Shown: positions 1 through 10,448, numbered from the stretch's first letter. The stretch: DNA of 64,000 bases from Gemmatimonadales bacterium (GCA_036558345.1 DATBFV010000157.1:321-64320); one strand, 5' to 3'. Numbers and translations: made by a program. Notes: a model not told the origin generated them from the sequence alone.

Positions 1-61
1 GCCCGCCGGCGAATCCAGACTGCAACAGGAAATCGGCGAGCTGATCGAGCAGCGCCTGTAA
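1..61 (+). CDS. 3' end of an unidentified CDS (partial, enters from left edge)
   Basis: Frame 2 is open from the window edge to TAA at 59-61 (PAGESRLQQEIGELIEQRL*). Too short to identify. Confidence 0.25.
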   Translation, partial: PAGESRLQQEIGELIEQRL

Positions 62-154
62 ATTCAGCGTCTCGAGGAGTCCTGCCACGTAGCGGCTGTA
101 GGTTGTGTAGCGCATGTCTACCCACAATGTCGTGGCCTCGCGACCTTTCACGCA

Positions 155-1414
155 ATGACCGACGCCTCACAAGCCGCGAGACGCTCCGGTTTCTGGTCCT
201 TGGGCGCCTTTTCCCACCGCAACTTCCGCCTCTTTTTTATCGGTCAGGGGATTTCGCTCGTCGGTACGTGGCTGCAGAACGTCGGCGAGGGCTGGCTGAT
301 TCTCACACTCACCAATTCGCCGTTCTACGTCGGTCTCACATCCGCGCTCAGCTCGGTCGGCGTGCTGCTGTTCAGTCTCTACGCCGGTGTGATCGCCGAT
401 CGCGTGGACAAACGGCGCGTCATCATCCTCATGCAGGTCGCGTTCATGCTCGAGGCGTTCGCCGTCTCCATCCTCATCTGGACGCACGTCATCGCGGTCT
501 GGCAGGTGCTGGTGCTGGCCACGATTCTGGGCATTGCGAGCGCGTTCGACATCCCGATGCGCCAGGCATTCGTCATCGAGATGGTGGGCAAAGAAGATCT
601 GATGAACGCGATCGCGCTGAACTCGTCGCTGTTCAACGGGGCGCGCGTCATCGGCCCGGCGATCGCGGGCTTCCTCATTGGCGCGGTCGGCATTCCGTGG
701 TGCTACTTCCTGAACGGCTTGAGCTACATCGCGGTGATCACCGGGCTCGTGAAGATGGACCTGCCGCACAATCCGCGGCCGCCGAAAACCACTTCGGCAT
801 GGAGCGGATTTCGCGAGGTCCTCACCTACTTGCGGAGCGACCGGCGGCTGCGCGTCCTCATGATTCTCACCGCCATCCTGAGCCTCTTCGGCTTTCCGTA
901 CATTCCCATGATGCCGGTTTTCGCGCGCGACGTGCTGCACCGCGGTGCCGCGGGTTACGGGGCGCTGACGTCGTCGATCGGCATTGGCGCGGTGGCCGGC
1001 GCCCTCGGCATCGCGCTTGCCTCGTCACGCATTCACGCTCGCGGCCGCCTGATGCTGGCCGGGGGCACGGCGTTTGGAATTCTGCTCGTCCTTTTCTCCG
1101 CATCGCGCGCGCTCTGGCTGTCGATGGCTCTGCTCGCCCTCACGGGCTGCGCGATGATCGTCAACAACTCGCTTGCCAACACGATGATTCAGACGAGTTC
1201 GCCCGATCATCTGCGTGGACGGGTGATGGGGTTCTACTCGTTCGTGTTTGTCGGGATGGCGCCGTTCGGAGCGTTTCTGTTCGGATTGGTGGGCGAGCAC
1301 ATCGGAGTGCCGCTCACCCTCGCAGGGGGCGGTGCGGTCGTCACGCTGGCGGTTGTCGTCGCAGGACTCACAGTGCCTGAACTGACTACCGTCAATCCCA
1401 ATCCCGCCGCTTGA
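155..1414 (+). CDS. MFS transporter (MFS_3 / enterobactin-exporter-like subfamily)
   Basis: 419-aa ORF with ATG at 155 and many hydrophobic helices. N-terminus FRLFFIGQGISLVGTWLQNVGEGWL is typical of this MFS subfamily. Confidence 0.8.
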   Translation: MTDASQAARRSGFWSLGAFSHRNFRLFFIGQGISLVGTWLQNVGEGWLILTLTNSPFYVGLTSALSSVGVLLFSLYAGVIADRVDKRRVIILMQVAFMLEAFAVSILIWTHVIAVWQVLVLATILGIASAFDIPMRQAFVIEMVGKEDLMNAIALNSSLFNGARVIGPAIAGFLIGAVGIPWCYFLNGLSYIAVITGLVKMDLPHNPRPPKTTSAWSGFREVLTYLRSDRRLRVLMILTAILSLFGFPYIPMMPVFARDVLHRGAAGYGALTSSIGIGAVAGALGIALASSRIHARGRLMLAGGTAFGILLVLFSASRALWLSMALLALTGCAMIVNNSLANTMIQTSSPDHLRGRVMGFYSFVFVGMAPFGAFLFGLVGEHIGVPLTLAGGGAVVTLAVVVAGLTVPELTTVNPNPAA

Positions 1415-2030
1415 CCTCGCGGACTACCAGATCAGCGGCTCCGTCGAATCCCAACCGCTCGGCGTTGAGCACGATGTCGTACTGGCTGAGATCCTGCCGG
1501 TCGCGGCCATAGTGTGACTTGACGTACTGATCGCGCTCCTTGTCCGTCTCGTCGATCAGCTTGTCTACTGTGCCCGGATCGACGTGCAACCGCTCGACCG
1601 CGATCTTCCGGCGGAAGGGCTTGGACGCGATGACATAGACGTGCAGCGCGTTGGGTCTGGTCGCGAGCAGGGCCTGTGCGCCGCGGCCGACGAGGACCAC
1701 GTGTCCCTCCCGGGCGGCTTCCGTGATGACGCGCTCGGTCGTCTGGGTGACCAGCGCCTCTTCCGTTTCCACCGGCACGGGCTGCTCACCGGTTGTGACG
1801 AACACCTCGGGCGACGCGCCCGCGAGGGTGCGCGCCATCCGCTCGAGCAGGCTCGGCGCGCGCTCCTCGCGGCGCGCCACTTCGTCCTTCGGCAAGCCGG
1901 CGAGCCGCGCCACCTGATCGACGAACTCGTTGTCGATCAGCGTCCAGCCGGGCAGTCGCTCCACGACCCGGCGGGCGATCTCGGATCCGCCGGACGCGTA
2001 CTGCCGCGTGATCGTGACGAGAGGCTTTAC
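1392..2030 (-). CDS. cytidylate kinase-like family protein (P-loop kinase fold); start codon unresolved
   Basis: C-terminal about 212 aa of ORF 1392..2687 carry VTITRQYASGGSEIARRV, typical of the cytidylate-kinase-like family. No ATG/GTG/TTG lies between the upstream SPFH stop (2027-2029) and the motif. The 5' end is placed at GTA 2028-2030. Confidence 0.6.
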   Translation of the reverse strand, partial: VKPLVTITRQYASGGSEIARRVVERLPGWTLIDNEFVDQVARLAGLPKDEVARREERAPSLLERMARTLAGASPEVFVTTGEQPVPVETEEALVTQTTERVITEAAREGHVVLVGRGAQALLATRPNALHVYVIASKPFRRKIAVERLHVDPGTVDKLIDETDKERDQYVKSHYGRDRQDLSQYDIVLNAERLGFDGAADLVVREVKRRDWD

Positions 2031-2953
2031 TGCTGCCGCAGATTCCGTCGGAGATCTCCGATGTTCAGGATCGGCACGCCGCCCTGCGTCGGCACCAGAA
2101 TCACCAGATTGTTCGACGTTTTCATGTCGCGCAGCACGTCGAGGTACTGCCGCATCAGTGCCTCGGGCGTCAGCGTGGTGTTCAGCAGCCGCTGCTGCTC
2201 GGCCTGGAGGCGCGCGACTTCTACCCGGTGACGCTCCGTTTCGACCTGCTGCTCCTGCGCGATCTTGTTGTTGATCGCCTGTACGACCTGCGCCGGCGGC
2301 TGCAAGTCGCGCAAGAAGAACGCCGTGACCTGGGCGATTCGGAATTCCGCTCCTCCCGCGCGCGGCTGGGTGACGAGCGCGGAATCGGTGAGGGCTTCCA
2401 TGGTGTTGGCGATCTGCGTGCGTTTGGCGATGTCGTTGATGGAGTACTGCACCATCCCGTCGCGGACCCCTTTGCGGATCGCATTCAGGACCGCCCCGCG
2501 GATCTGCTCTTCGTCGCCGATCTCCGTGTAAATGCGGGGCGCCTGCTGCGGGTCGATCTGCCAGCGGATCGATACCTCGACATGCATCCCCATCTGCTCT
2601 GAAGACAGCGCCTCGATCTCCTCCACCTGAGCGCCCGCCGCGGGCCACTGCTCTTCGCGCGTTGAGAACCGCTCGACCGACGACCACGGGGAGACAAAGC
2701 GGATCCCAGCGAGCAACGGCTTGGGATCGACTGTACCGAAAGCATGGCGCACGCCGACCTCACCCGCATTGATCACCACCGTGGTCGAGCCCAGGATCGT
2801 GAGGACTGCGAACACGATCGCGACATAGCTGACCAGACGCAGCACGTTGCTGACCGGGCGGCCTGGCCCGCTGTCGCTGCGCACGGTGGCCGCGCTCAGA
2901 CGGAGGACGAACGCGATGCCGAGGAGTACGAAACCAAAGACGAGCTTGCCCAT
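2027..2953 (-). CDS. SPFH/band-7 (prohibitin-like) membrane protein
   Basis: ATG at 2953 (MGKLVFGFVLLGIAFVL, an N-terminal TM anchor) followed by an SPFH-type domain and a coiled-coil tail (QEQQVETERHRVEVARLQAEQQRLL). Confidence 0.85.
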   Translation of the reverse strand: MGKLVFGFVLLGIAFVLRLSAATVRSDSGPGRPVSNVLRLVSYVAIVFAVLTILGSTTVVINAGEVGVRHAFGTVDPKPLLAGIRFVSPWSSVERFSTREEQWPAAGAQVEEIEALSSEQMGMHVEVSIRWQIDPQQAPRIYTEIGDEEQIRGAVLNAIRKGVRDGMVQYSINDIAKRTQIANTMEALTDSALVTQPRAGGAEFRIAQVTAFFLRDLQPPAQVVQAINNKIAQEQQVETERHRVEVARLQAEQQRLLNTTLTPEALMRQYLDVLRDMKTSNNLVILVPTQGGVPILNIGDLRRNLRQQ

Positions 2954-2987
2954 GGCGACTCCCGAAATGTGAAGGGACGGGGAGGAC

Positions 2988-4487
2988 TTACGTGAAGAGG
3001 TTCGGCCCGGTTCCAGGGCCCGACCCACCGGACCCTTTTCCAAAAGGAGGCTTCTGCTCGGCGCGCGCGCGCACATAGCCCAGCTCTTCACTGCGCGCGA
3101 TCCGTTTCTCCGCTACCAATCCCTCCAGTACCAGCTCGCACGCCGACACGACCGTCGCCGGATCCTTCTTGACCGCGAGTCCAACCTGGTCGATCAGGTC
3201 GAGCAGTCCCGGCACGACGGTGAAGCCCTTGAGGAGCGACTCCGAGCGCTCGTCCGGCGTGATCTTGAGGGCGCCGCCTTCGTCGAACCAATGCACGATG
3301 TCATCGACATTGGCGCCACCGACGCGGCCCTCGAAGGTGCGGCCCGCGGCCCGGCGAATCAGATCCTTCGCAATCGCCTCAGAGCCCTGCAGCTCACCCT
3401 CGTATTCGAGCTCCAGCTTCCCGGTAATGGCCGGCAATGCCGCATACACATCGGAGATGCGCGGTACGACCATTTTCTCCTTGCTCTGAATCGTGCGGCG
3501 CTCGGCATTTGAGACAACGTTGTCGAGCACGCTGATCGGCAGGCGCTGCGAGACGCCGCTGCGGCGATCGATGCGCTTGTCCTCGCGTGCCTCGAACGCG
3601 ATGCGCTCGATGAGCTCCGACATGAAGTCGGGGATCCGGATGGAGCGATTGCCGCCCCCCCCGTTGCGGTCCACCCACGCTTCCTGGTGCGTAATCGCGG
3701 TGCCCAGCTCGACGCTCAGCGGGTAGTGCGTGGTGATCTCGGAGCCGATGCGGTCTTTCAGCGGCGTGATGATCTTACCCCGCGCCGTGTAGTCCTCGGG
3801 ATTCGCCGTGAACACCAGGGCCACGTCGAGATTCAGGCGGACGGGATAGCCTTTGATCTGGACGTCGCCCTCCTGCATGATGTTGAACAGTCCCACCTGG
3901 ATCTTGCCGGCCAGATCGGGCAGCTCGTTGATCGCGAAGATGCCGCGGTTGGCCCGCGGCAAAAGCCCGAAGTGCATCGTGAGCTCGTCGGACAGCAGGT
4001 GCCCGCCGCGTGCCGCCTTGATCGGATCGACGTCGCCAATGATATCGGCGATGGTCACGTCCGGCGTCGCGAGCTTTTCGACGAAGCGCAGCTCCCGCGG
4101 CAGCCAGGCGATCGGCGTCGCATCGCCACGCTCGGCGATCAGCTCGCGCCCATACTTGGAGAGCGGCTCGAACGGATCGTCGTTGACTTCGCTGCCCCCG
4201 ATGATCGGAATCTCTTCATCGAGCAACGTGACGAGCTGGCGCAGGATACGGCTCTTCGCCTGCCCGCGCAGTCCGAGCAAAATGAAGTTGTGGCGTGAAA
4301 GAATCGCGTTGACGAGCTGCGGCAGGACCGTCTCTTCGTAGCCCACGATGCCGGGAAACAGCGGCGAGCCGTTCTCCAACAGGCAGATGAGGTTCTCCCG
4401 CATTTCATCTTTGACGGTGCGCTGGCGCCGTGCGGCGCTGGCCCACTCCGTCCGCTTCAGTTCACCAAGTGTCGTCGCTTGTGTCAT
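2988..4487 (-). CDS. AAA+ ATPase, Mg-chelatase ChlI/BchI-like (often auto-annotated as sigma-54-interaction-domain protein)
   Basis: ATG at 4487 ([12 protein letters not shown]). Contains [16 protein letters not shown] (Walker A-like), [11 protein letters not shown] (Walker B-like) and [12 protein letters not shown], as in ChlI-type ATPases. Confidence 0.7.
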   Translation of the reverse strand: MTQATTLGELKRTEWASAARRQRTVKDEMRENLICLLENGSPLFPGIVGYEETVLPQLVNAILSRHNFILLGLRGQAKSRILRQLVTLLDEEIPIIGGSEVNDDPFEPLSKYGRELIAERGDATPIAWLPRELRFVEKLATPDVTIADIIGDVDPIKAARGGHLLSDELTMHFGLLPRANRGIFAINELPDLAGKIQVGLFNIMQEGDVQIKGYPVRLNLDVALVFTANPEDYTARGKIITPLKDRIGSEITTHYPLSVELGTAITHQEAWVDRNGGGGNRSIRIPDFMSELIERIAFEAREDKRIDRRSGVSQRLPISVLDNVVSNAERRTIQSKEKMVVPRISDVYAALPAITGKLELEYEGELQGSEAIAKDLIRRAAGRTFEGRVGGANVDDIVHWFDEGGALKITPDERSESLLKGFTVVPGLLDLIDQVGLAVKKDPATVVSACELVLEGLVAEKRIARSEELGYVRARAEQKPPFGKGSGGSGPGTGPNLFT

Positions 4488-4506
4488 GAGTTCGACATTA
4501 AACCTT

Positions 4507-7104
4507 TCAGCCTGTGCTCTGCAACCCTTGCGCGATTCCCCGTACACTTGCGAGCAGCGCGCGGAACACTTCGTCATCGGCACGTCCCGCCGCGCGCCAG
4601 CGCTCCAGCAGGTCGATTTGTAACAGACTCATCGGCGCGACATACGGATTGCGGAGTAGAATCGATCGCTGCAGCGCTGGATCGGAGTCGAGCAGCGCGC
4701 GCTGTTGCTTCAGTGCGAGCACCTGCGCGACAGTCCGGTCGAACTCGGCCCGAATGGCGGGGAAATAGCGATCGCCCAGCCCTCCCGCGAGGCATGCATA
4801 TCGCGCCGCGATGGCCATGTGCGCCGTGCCGAGCACCATTTCGACATCGTCGATGAGCGCACGAAAGAAGGGCCAGTCACGGGCCATTTCCGCAAGCTGT
4901 TCCGTGCCATGGCGATCCCCCGCGCGCTCCAGCGCCGCGCCCATGCCATACCAACCGGGCAACAAGTGCCGGCTTTGCGTCCACGCGAACACCCATGGGA
5001 TGGCTCGAAGGCGTTCGATCTCTCCCGGTTGACTGTCGCCCTGCCGTGACGTCGGCCGGCTGCCGATCTCCATGCGCTGGATGACATCGATGGGCGTCGC
5101 CAAATGAAAGTACTGCACGAACTCGGGATCGTCGTAGATGAGCCGGCGGTACGCCTGGCGACTGCCCTGCGCGATTTCCTCCATGATCTCCACCCAGCGC
5201 GCCTGACGGGCGTCAGGTGGAGGGGAGGGGAGGGCGCTGGCCAGCATGACGGCACTCGTCGTCTGCTCGAGCGTCCGCATGGCGATCCCGCGCAAGCCGT
5301 ACTTGGCGTTGATCGCTTCGCCCTGCTCCGTGACGCGGAAGCGTCCGCGGACCGATCCAGCCGGCGCGCTGAGGATCGTGTGAGCGATTCTGCCGCCGCC
5401 GCGGCTGACCGTGCCGCCGCGCCCGTGGAAAAACGTCAGATCCACGCCGGCGCGCTCGGCCGTCTGGACCAGCCCCGCCTGGGCGCGCTGCAGCCCCCAG
5501 CGCGAGGAGCCGATCCCCCCGTCCTTGTTGCTGTCGGAGTATCCAATCATCACCATCTGGCGCATGCCCCGCGTCTCGAGGTGCGCGCGGTAAGGCGGAT
5601 CATCGAACAGCGCCTGTAGGACGTCGGCCGCGTGCGCGAGGTCGGCGACCGTTTCGAAGAGCGGCGCGACATCCAGGGCCGACAGCCCACTCCAACGTGC
5701 GAGGACCAGGACCGCCAGCACGTCATCGACGCCTTCAGCCATGCTGATGATGTAAGGGCCCACGGCGTCCGGTCCGAATCGCGCGCGGCATTCGGCGATC
5801 GCCTGGAACACCTCCAGCGTGCGCCTAGCGTCCGCATCCGCGGCGCCAGGTGGCTGCGGCGGACCCTGCAGCAAGTCTCGCAGCCGCGCCGCGCGATCGG
5901 CGGCGCTGCGCGCGCTCCATCCGGAATCCTGAAGCAACGTCGCCAGCACGCCGCGATGCACCCGGGCGTGCTGGCGCACGTCGATCGTCGCGAGATGAAA
6001 GCCGAAGGTTTCCGCGCGCCTGAGGAATCGCTGCACGGCGAACCGCCCGGCATGCTCGCCCTTGTGAGCGCGCAGGCTCGCGAGCACCACGCCGAGATCC
6101 GCCTCGAGCTCGGAGCGATTGGCGTACCCCTCTGGCGCCTCCGCGCGCGTGGCGCTGAGCCGCGCAGCAACGAGACGAAACAGAACACGGTACGGCATGT
6201 CGGAGTATCGGGATGGAATCGTCGCCAGCGCTTTCGGAAAACGGGCGCTGTACGCCGCCACCCGGTCGCGCACCGCATCGCTCACACCGGTCCGCGCTCC
6301 CGACTGCGACAGGCGACGTGACAGTTCCAGCGCTTCACTCTGGTATCGTTCCAGCACGAGCTCTCGCTGCCGAGTCAGGGCAGCGCGCAGCGTGTCCGCG
6401 CCGACATTGGGATTGCCGTCCATGTCTCCGCCGACCCACGAGCCAAATCGAAGGACGGGGCGAGCCGGCACCTCAATCGTGTACAGCTGGCGCACCGCCT
6501 GTTCCAGCTCCTCGGAAAACGGCGGGACGATGCGGTACACGACGTCAGTCAGATAGAAGATCACGTTCTCGAGCTCATCCATGACGGAGGGCCGCGCCGA
6601 GGGCTGGGGATCGGTCTGCCAGGTCGTGGTGATCTCCTCGCGAATGCGCGCCAGTGCCGCGCGCTCCTCATCCGGCGTCCGCCCCGGATCGAGCCGTTCG
6701 ACCAGCAAACGACCGATCACCTGTTCCTTTTCGAGCAGGGTGCGCCGCGTGGCCTCGGTGGGATGCGCGGTGAAAACCGGCTCGATCTGGAGTCCCTGTA
6801 ACAGCGCCACGAGCGCATGCTGAGATACGCCCGCGGTAGAGAGTTGCCCGATCGCGGCCGCGAGACTGCCCTCCTGGGGCTCGGTGGCGCCGCGCAGGTA
6901 GTCGCGTCGCCGCCTGATGCGGTGGATCCGCTCGGCCAGATTGACGACTTCGAAGTACGTCGAGAATGCGCGTACGAGCGTTTCGGCATCGCGCGCCGGC
7001 AGTCCCTTCACCAGTCCTTGCAGTTCATCGTCCGAGCCGGCGATCGCGGCCAGGCGCGCGCTTTCGACGCGCTGGAAAAACTGATCGCCGCACTGCTCCC
7101 GCAA
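4507..7104 (-). CDS. ppc: phosphoenolpyruvate carboxylase
   Basis: Contains [15 protein letters not shown] and a C-terminal ...[10 protein letters not shown] typical of PEPC. 7104 is the first canonical (TTG) start, but conserved N-terminal sequence (LTEFAPKDIPLKDDVRTLGALVGDV) continues in frame up to CTG 7177-7179. Confidence 0.9.
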   Translation of the reverse strand: MREQCGDQFFQRVESARLAAIAGSDDELQGLVKGLPARDAETLVRAFSTYFEVVNLAERIHRIRRRRDYLRGATEPQEGSLAAAIGQLSTAGVSQHALVALLQGLQIEPVFTAHPTEATRRTLLEKEQVIGRLLVERLDPGRTPDEERAALARIREEITTTWQTDPQPSARPSVMDELENVIFYLTDVVYRIVPPFSEELEQAVRQLYTIEVPARPVLRFGSWVGGDMDGNPNVGADTLRAALTRQRELVLERYQSEALELSRRLSQSGARTGVSDAVRDRVAAYSARFPKALATIPSRYSDMPYRVLFRLVAARLSATRAEAPEGYANRSELEADLGVVLASLRAHKGEHAGRFAVQRFLRRAETFGFHLATIDVRQHARVHRGVLATLLQDSGWSARSAADRAARLRDLLQGPPQPPGAADADARRTLEVFQAIAECRARFGPDAVGPYIISMAEGVDDVLAVLVLARWSGLSALDVAPLFETVADLAHAADVLQALFDDPPYRAHLETRGMRQMVMIGYSDSNKDGGIGSSRWGLQRAQAGLVQTAERAGVDLTFFHGRGGTVSRGGGRIAHTILSAPAGSVRGRFRVTEQGEAINAKYGLRGIAMRTLEQTTSAVMLASALPSPPPDARQARWVEIMEEIAQGSRQAYRRLIYDDPEFVQYFHLATPIDVIQRMEIGSRPTSRQGDSQPGEIERLRAIPWVFAWTQSRHLLPGWYGMGAALERAGDRHGTEQLAEMARDWPFFRALIDDVEMVLGTAHMAIAARYACLAGGLGDRYFPAIRAEFDRTVAQVLALKQQRALLDSDPALQRSILLRNPYVAPMSLLQIDLLERWRAAGRADDEVFRALLASVRGIAQGLQSTG

Positions 7105-7175
7105 TACGTCGCCGACCAGCGCGCCGAGCGTGCGGACGTCGTCCTTGAGCGGGATATCCTTCGGCGCAAACTCGG

Positions 7176-10127
7176 TCAGGAGCCCTCGGCAGGTGTAAAG
7201 AGGCGGGCAGCGCCCACACCCCAGGCGGCGAGCTCGACCGACGCCCGCCCGTCACCGCCGACCGTGATGGCGTCGCCGTTTTGTTCGACCAGCGTGGTGC
7301 GACGCGCGAGCTTGTACGCGTAGGCCGCGGGCCACAGGCCGACGCTGCGCGCCTGGCCCGCGACGTCGAGCAGCTTGACGATCACGCCCTCGCCATCGTC
7401 GGCTGCTTTGGCGCCCACGATCATCGCGCCCTTGTCGGCATAGAACAGCGCGCGGTCCTTGGCGATCAGTGGACCCGGTCTGTCGTTCGTGTACGACGCG
7501 CTGATGTACAACGGATCGCACGCCGCCCAGCCACGCCGCACCGGCTCGGCGGCATCGCCCGGCGCGAGCAGCGAGAGCCGGTAGCGAAACGTGACCGGCC
7601 CTCCCTGTGAAGCCGCGTAGTTCGTGTGCCAGTAGTTATTCATCGCGTAGGCGAAGAGTGTCCCATCGGGGGGAGGCACGATCGTCCGCCGCCACGCGCC
7701 GCGGAAGAGATCGTTGAGGGTGAAGAGAGGCGTGTCAGGCCCGCTCCACAGCACGCCATCGCTCCCTTCGTGCAGCCAGACCCAGTGCGCGTGACAGAAC
7801 CAGTCGCGACAACTACCAGGTTGCTGGTCACGCTCCACCGTCATGCGGCCAAGTGGGACTTCCACTTCCACAACGGGTTTGGTGAACGCGAAAGGAAACG
7901 CGATGTAGAGCGCCTCTTTCTCGAGCGTTGCCGTCTTCAGGATGCGATTCTCGATATCCACCCACGGCAGCTCGTCATACAGCGTCACGATCGACGTGAC
8001 CGACGGAAAACCCTCGAGCGCGCGGTCAACGACGAGGCGAACGCCGATGCCAGGGAGTCGCTCTCGCCGGCACCGCGTCAACTTGGTCTGCGTGAGCGCG
8101 AGCTGCGGCGCGTTCTTGAGGTCGTCGCGATCGCCGGAGGTCCAAAGCGCGCTGTGCGCGCCGCCGCGGACGTACACGAGTTGGTTGAGACCCGACCAGT
8201 CCGACTGCTTCACACGCTCTTTCCCGTCGGGTCCGGTCAGTGAGCGAATCGCTCCGGTCGCCGGATCGAGGGCCACGGTGAACCCACCAGCCTTCGCGTC
8301 GAGCGCCTCGCCGTCGGCGGCGGGAGGTCGCGCGTCGCGATCGGTTTCGGTCAGGGCGAGGTACCCGAGCGGTGGCACGTCGCGGAAAAGGACGAGCGCG
8401 TCACCGTCGTCCTGATCCACGGCCGCCAGCTCTCGGCCGTCAAAGGTCAGCGCCTTCCCGGCGCCGCCCGGGATGCGTGCGACATCGGTCCGCTCCCACG
8501 TACCTGCGTTGAACACGATCCGGCCGCGGCCTGCGCGCGACGCGTGACCGAGACGCAGCAACCCGGCGGCCAGTTGTTCTTGCGCAGCCGCGGAGCCGGC
8601 ATCGATGAATCTCTTCTTGTATTCCCACTGTGCGACGGTCTGTCGCGACTCCGGCTCGGCGACGCTCTCCGCTGCTCCCCACGTGTGCTCGCCGAACAGC
8701 AGCAGGTCGCGCCACATCGCGGCGCGCGCGTCGGCGCGGTCGCGCCGCGGTTGGAGCGCGTCTTCATCGTGTGGCTCGATCCGATCGTCCCAGAGCGCGA
8801 CGATTTCACAAGCGCGGGCCGCGAGCTGCGCGGCGCGGAACGCCGCCAGCTGGGCGGCCGTCGAAGCGGCGCCGTCTTCCCAGTAGAGGCCGGTATCGCC
8901 GCGGCGCACCGGGATCTTGGCCGCGTAGCGGCGCTCGACGTCTCGAAAGAAGTCTTCCGGACGGCCGGCGATGATACGGGGCCAGGTGAAGCGACGGCTG
9001 AACTCCTGGACGTTGGCGACGATCGCTTCCTTCATAAGGGCGTTGTCCTGCCAATCGGCCCCGTAGAGCAGGGCGATGTCGTACGGCCAGTTTTGGGCCA
9101 GAAATGCGGGCTGATTCAGCAGCCAGTCGGAGAGCCGGTGGCCCATCTCCTCGGGGCTGACGTCGAAGCCGAAGCGCGTGCCGTCGCCGTAATGGTGTGC
9201 GCGCCAATGCAGCACGCGGCTGCCGTCGGGCGCCTCCCAGTAGTAGAGCTGCGGGTAGACCGTTCCCTCGCTGCCGCTCGCCGGCAGCAGCGGCACCGCC
9301 CGTTCCGGGTTCGCGCCGCTCGCCAGGTATTTCACCCCGCTCGCGGCGAGGAGCATTGGGAACGTCAGTGTTTGGCCGGGCACGTCGGTGATCTGCGCGG
9401 AGAGAAACGTCAGCCCACGCTCGCGCGCGAGTTTGCCCGCGGGCCAGACGAGTCGCGCAAACGTCTCATGGCCCAGAATCCCCGTCAGCATGTTCGCGAA
9501 CAGTGCCTGCCACCCGACTTTGCCATCGCGAATCGCCTGGACCAGCGCGTTCCCTGCATCGGGCGAACGGTTCTCGAGGTACGACAACACCTGTAATGCG
9601 CATTCGGCCGTGAAGCGAAAGTCGCGATGCGTCGCGGTCCAGGCGAGTGCGGCATCGAGGTTCTTGCGATGAACTTCGAGTGCGCGTTCCTGGAGATCGG
9701 TGTAACCGACGTCGGTGTGAATCGAGGACAGCCAATACAGGGTCCAGCGCTTCGCCGGCGTGAGCCGCACGCGACGGCGCGCGACGCGATCTCGTCCCAC
9801 CTCGATGTCGAACTGGAAATCCGCCGGCGCCGCCAGCGGCACCCACACTTCGCCGCTCAACGCCGGGCCGGTGGAAGCCGGCAACAATCCGGCTGTTCCC
9901 ACGAGCGCGCCTCGTGCGTCGGTGACGCGGGCGCGCGCGGCCGGCGCCGAGACACCGGACACGGTGATGCGAATCAGATTCTTGCGGCCATCGGGTTGCT
10001 GAAACAGCGCGGTGGAGCGCGCGTCGACGACGGGTTGTTGGCTCGTCTCGTGCCCACGCGTTGTCGCAACCCATCCAACGATGGACGAGAGTAAGCCAAA
10101 GAATGTGCGACGGTCAGAATTCAGCAT
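7176..10127 (-). CDS. glycoside hydrolase family 38 (alpha-mannosidase-like), Tat-signal
   Basis: 983 aa. N-terminus SDRRTFFGLL looks like a twin-arginine signal. GH38-like N-domain pattern is present (SSIHTDVGYT ... QITDVPGQTLTFPMLLAASGVKY). Confidence 0.55.
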   Translation of the reverse strand: MLNSDRRTFFGLLSSIVGWVATTRGHETSQQPVVDARSTALFQQPDGRKNLIRITVSGVSAPAARARVTDARGALVGTAGLLPASTGPALSGEVWVPLAAPADFQFDIEVGRDRVARRRVRLTPAKRWTLYWLSSIHTDVGYTDLQERALEVHRKNLDAALAWTATHRDFRFTAECALQVLSYLENRSPDAGNALVQAIRDGKVGWQALFANMLTGILGHETFARLVWPAGKLARERGLTFLSAQITDVPGQTLTFPMLLAASGVKYLASGANPERAVPLLPASGSEGTVYPQLYYWEAPDGSRVLHWRAHHYGDGTRFGFDVSPEEMGHRLSDWLLNQPAFLAQNWPYDIALLYGADWQDNALMKEAIVANVQEFSRRFTWPRIIAGRPEDFFRDVERRYAAKIPVRRGDTGLYWEDGAASTAAQLAAFRAAQLAARACEIVALWDDRIEPHDEDALQPRRDRADARAAMWRDLLLFGEHTWGAAESVAEPESRQTVAQWEYKKRFIDAGSAAAQEQLAAGLLRLGHASRAGRGRIVFNAGTWERTDVARIPGGAGKALTFDGRELAAVDQDDGDALVLFRDVPPLGYLALTETDRDARPPAADGEALDAKAGGFTVALDPATGAIRSLTGPDGKERVKQSDWSGLNQLVYVRGGAHSALWTSGDRDDLKNAPQLALTQTKLTRCRRERLPGIGVRLVVDRALEGFPSVTSIVTLYDELPWVDIENRILKTATLEKEALYIAFPFAFTKPVVEVEVPLGRMTVERDQQPGSCRDWFCHAHWVWLHEGSDGVLWSGPDTPLFTLNDLFRGAWRRTIVPPPDGTLFAYAMNNYWHTNYAASQGGPVTFRYRLSLLAPGDAAEPVRRGWAACDPLYISASYTNDRPGPLIAKDRALFYADKGAMIVGAKAADDGEGVIVKLLDVAGQARSVGLWPAAYAYKLARRTTLVEQNGDAITVGGDGRASVELAAWGVGAARLFTPAEGS

Positions 10128-10149
10128 GATTCCTGTAATTTAGCGCTGC

Positions 10150-10177
10150 TTGACTGTGCAGGTCCCCTATGTACGTT
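10150..10177 (+). promoter_or_regulatory. possible sigma-70-type promoter for the small lipoprotein gene
   Basis: TTGACT (10150-10155), 16-nt spacer, TACGTT (10172-10177), about 40 nt upstream of the ATG. Weak -10. Confidence 0.25.
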
Positions 10178-10215
10178 TCGCGCGTCCCGACCCCCGTACT
10201 TCAACAGGAGCGACA

Positions 10216-10425
10216 ATGAAGCGCATTGCATTGGCCGTGGCGGTGGTTGTCATGGCCGCTGGCGCGTGCAAGAAGGCTCAGAACGCCAACACCGCCGCTG
10301 ATAGTACGAACATGATGGCTGACTCGATGAAGATGGCGCCGGGCGACTCGACGCATATGATGATGTCCGATACGTCGAAGGCGCATGCACCGGCACCTGC
10401 CCCAGCACCCGCGAAGAAACCGTAA
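10216..10425 (+). CDS. small Met/His-rich lipoprotein (69 aa)
   Basis: AGGAG at 10206-10210, ATG at 10216. Signal plus lipobox-like MAAGAC. Mature part is rich in Met/His (DSTNMMADSMKMAPGDSTHMMMSDTS) with an (AP)n tail. Confidence 0.6.
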   Translation: MKRIALAVAVVVMAAGACKKAQNANTAADSTNMMADSMKMAPGDSTHMMMSDTSKAHAPAPAPAPAKKP

Positions 10426-10448
10426 CAAGCGGGTCGCAGTTGAAAGAT

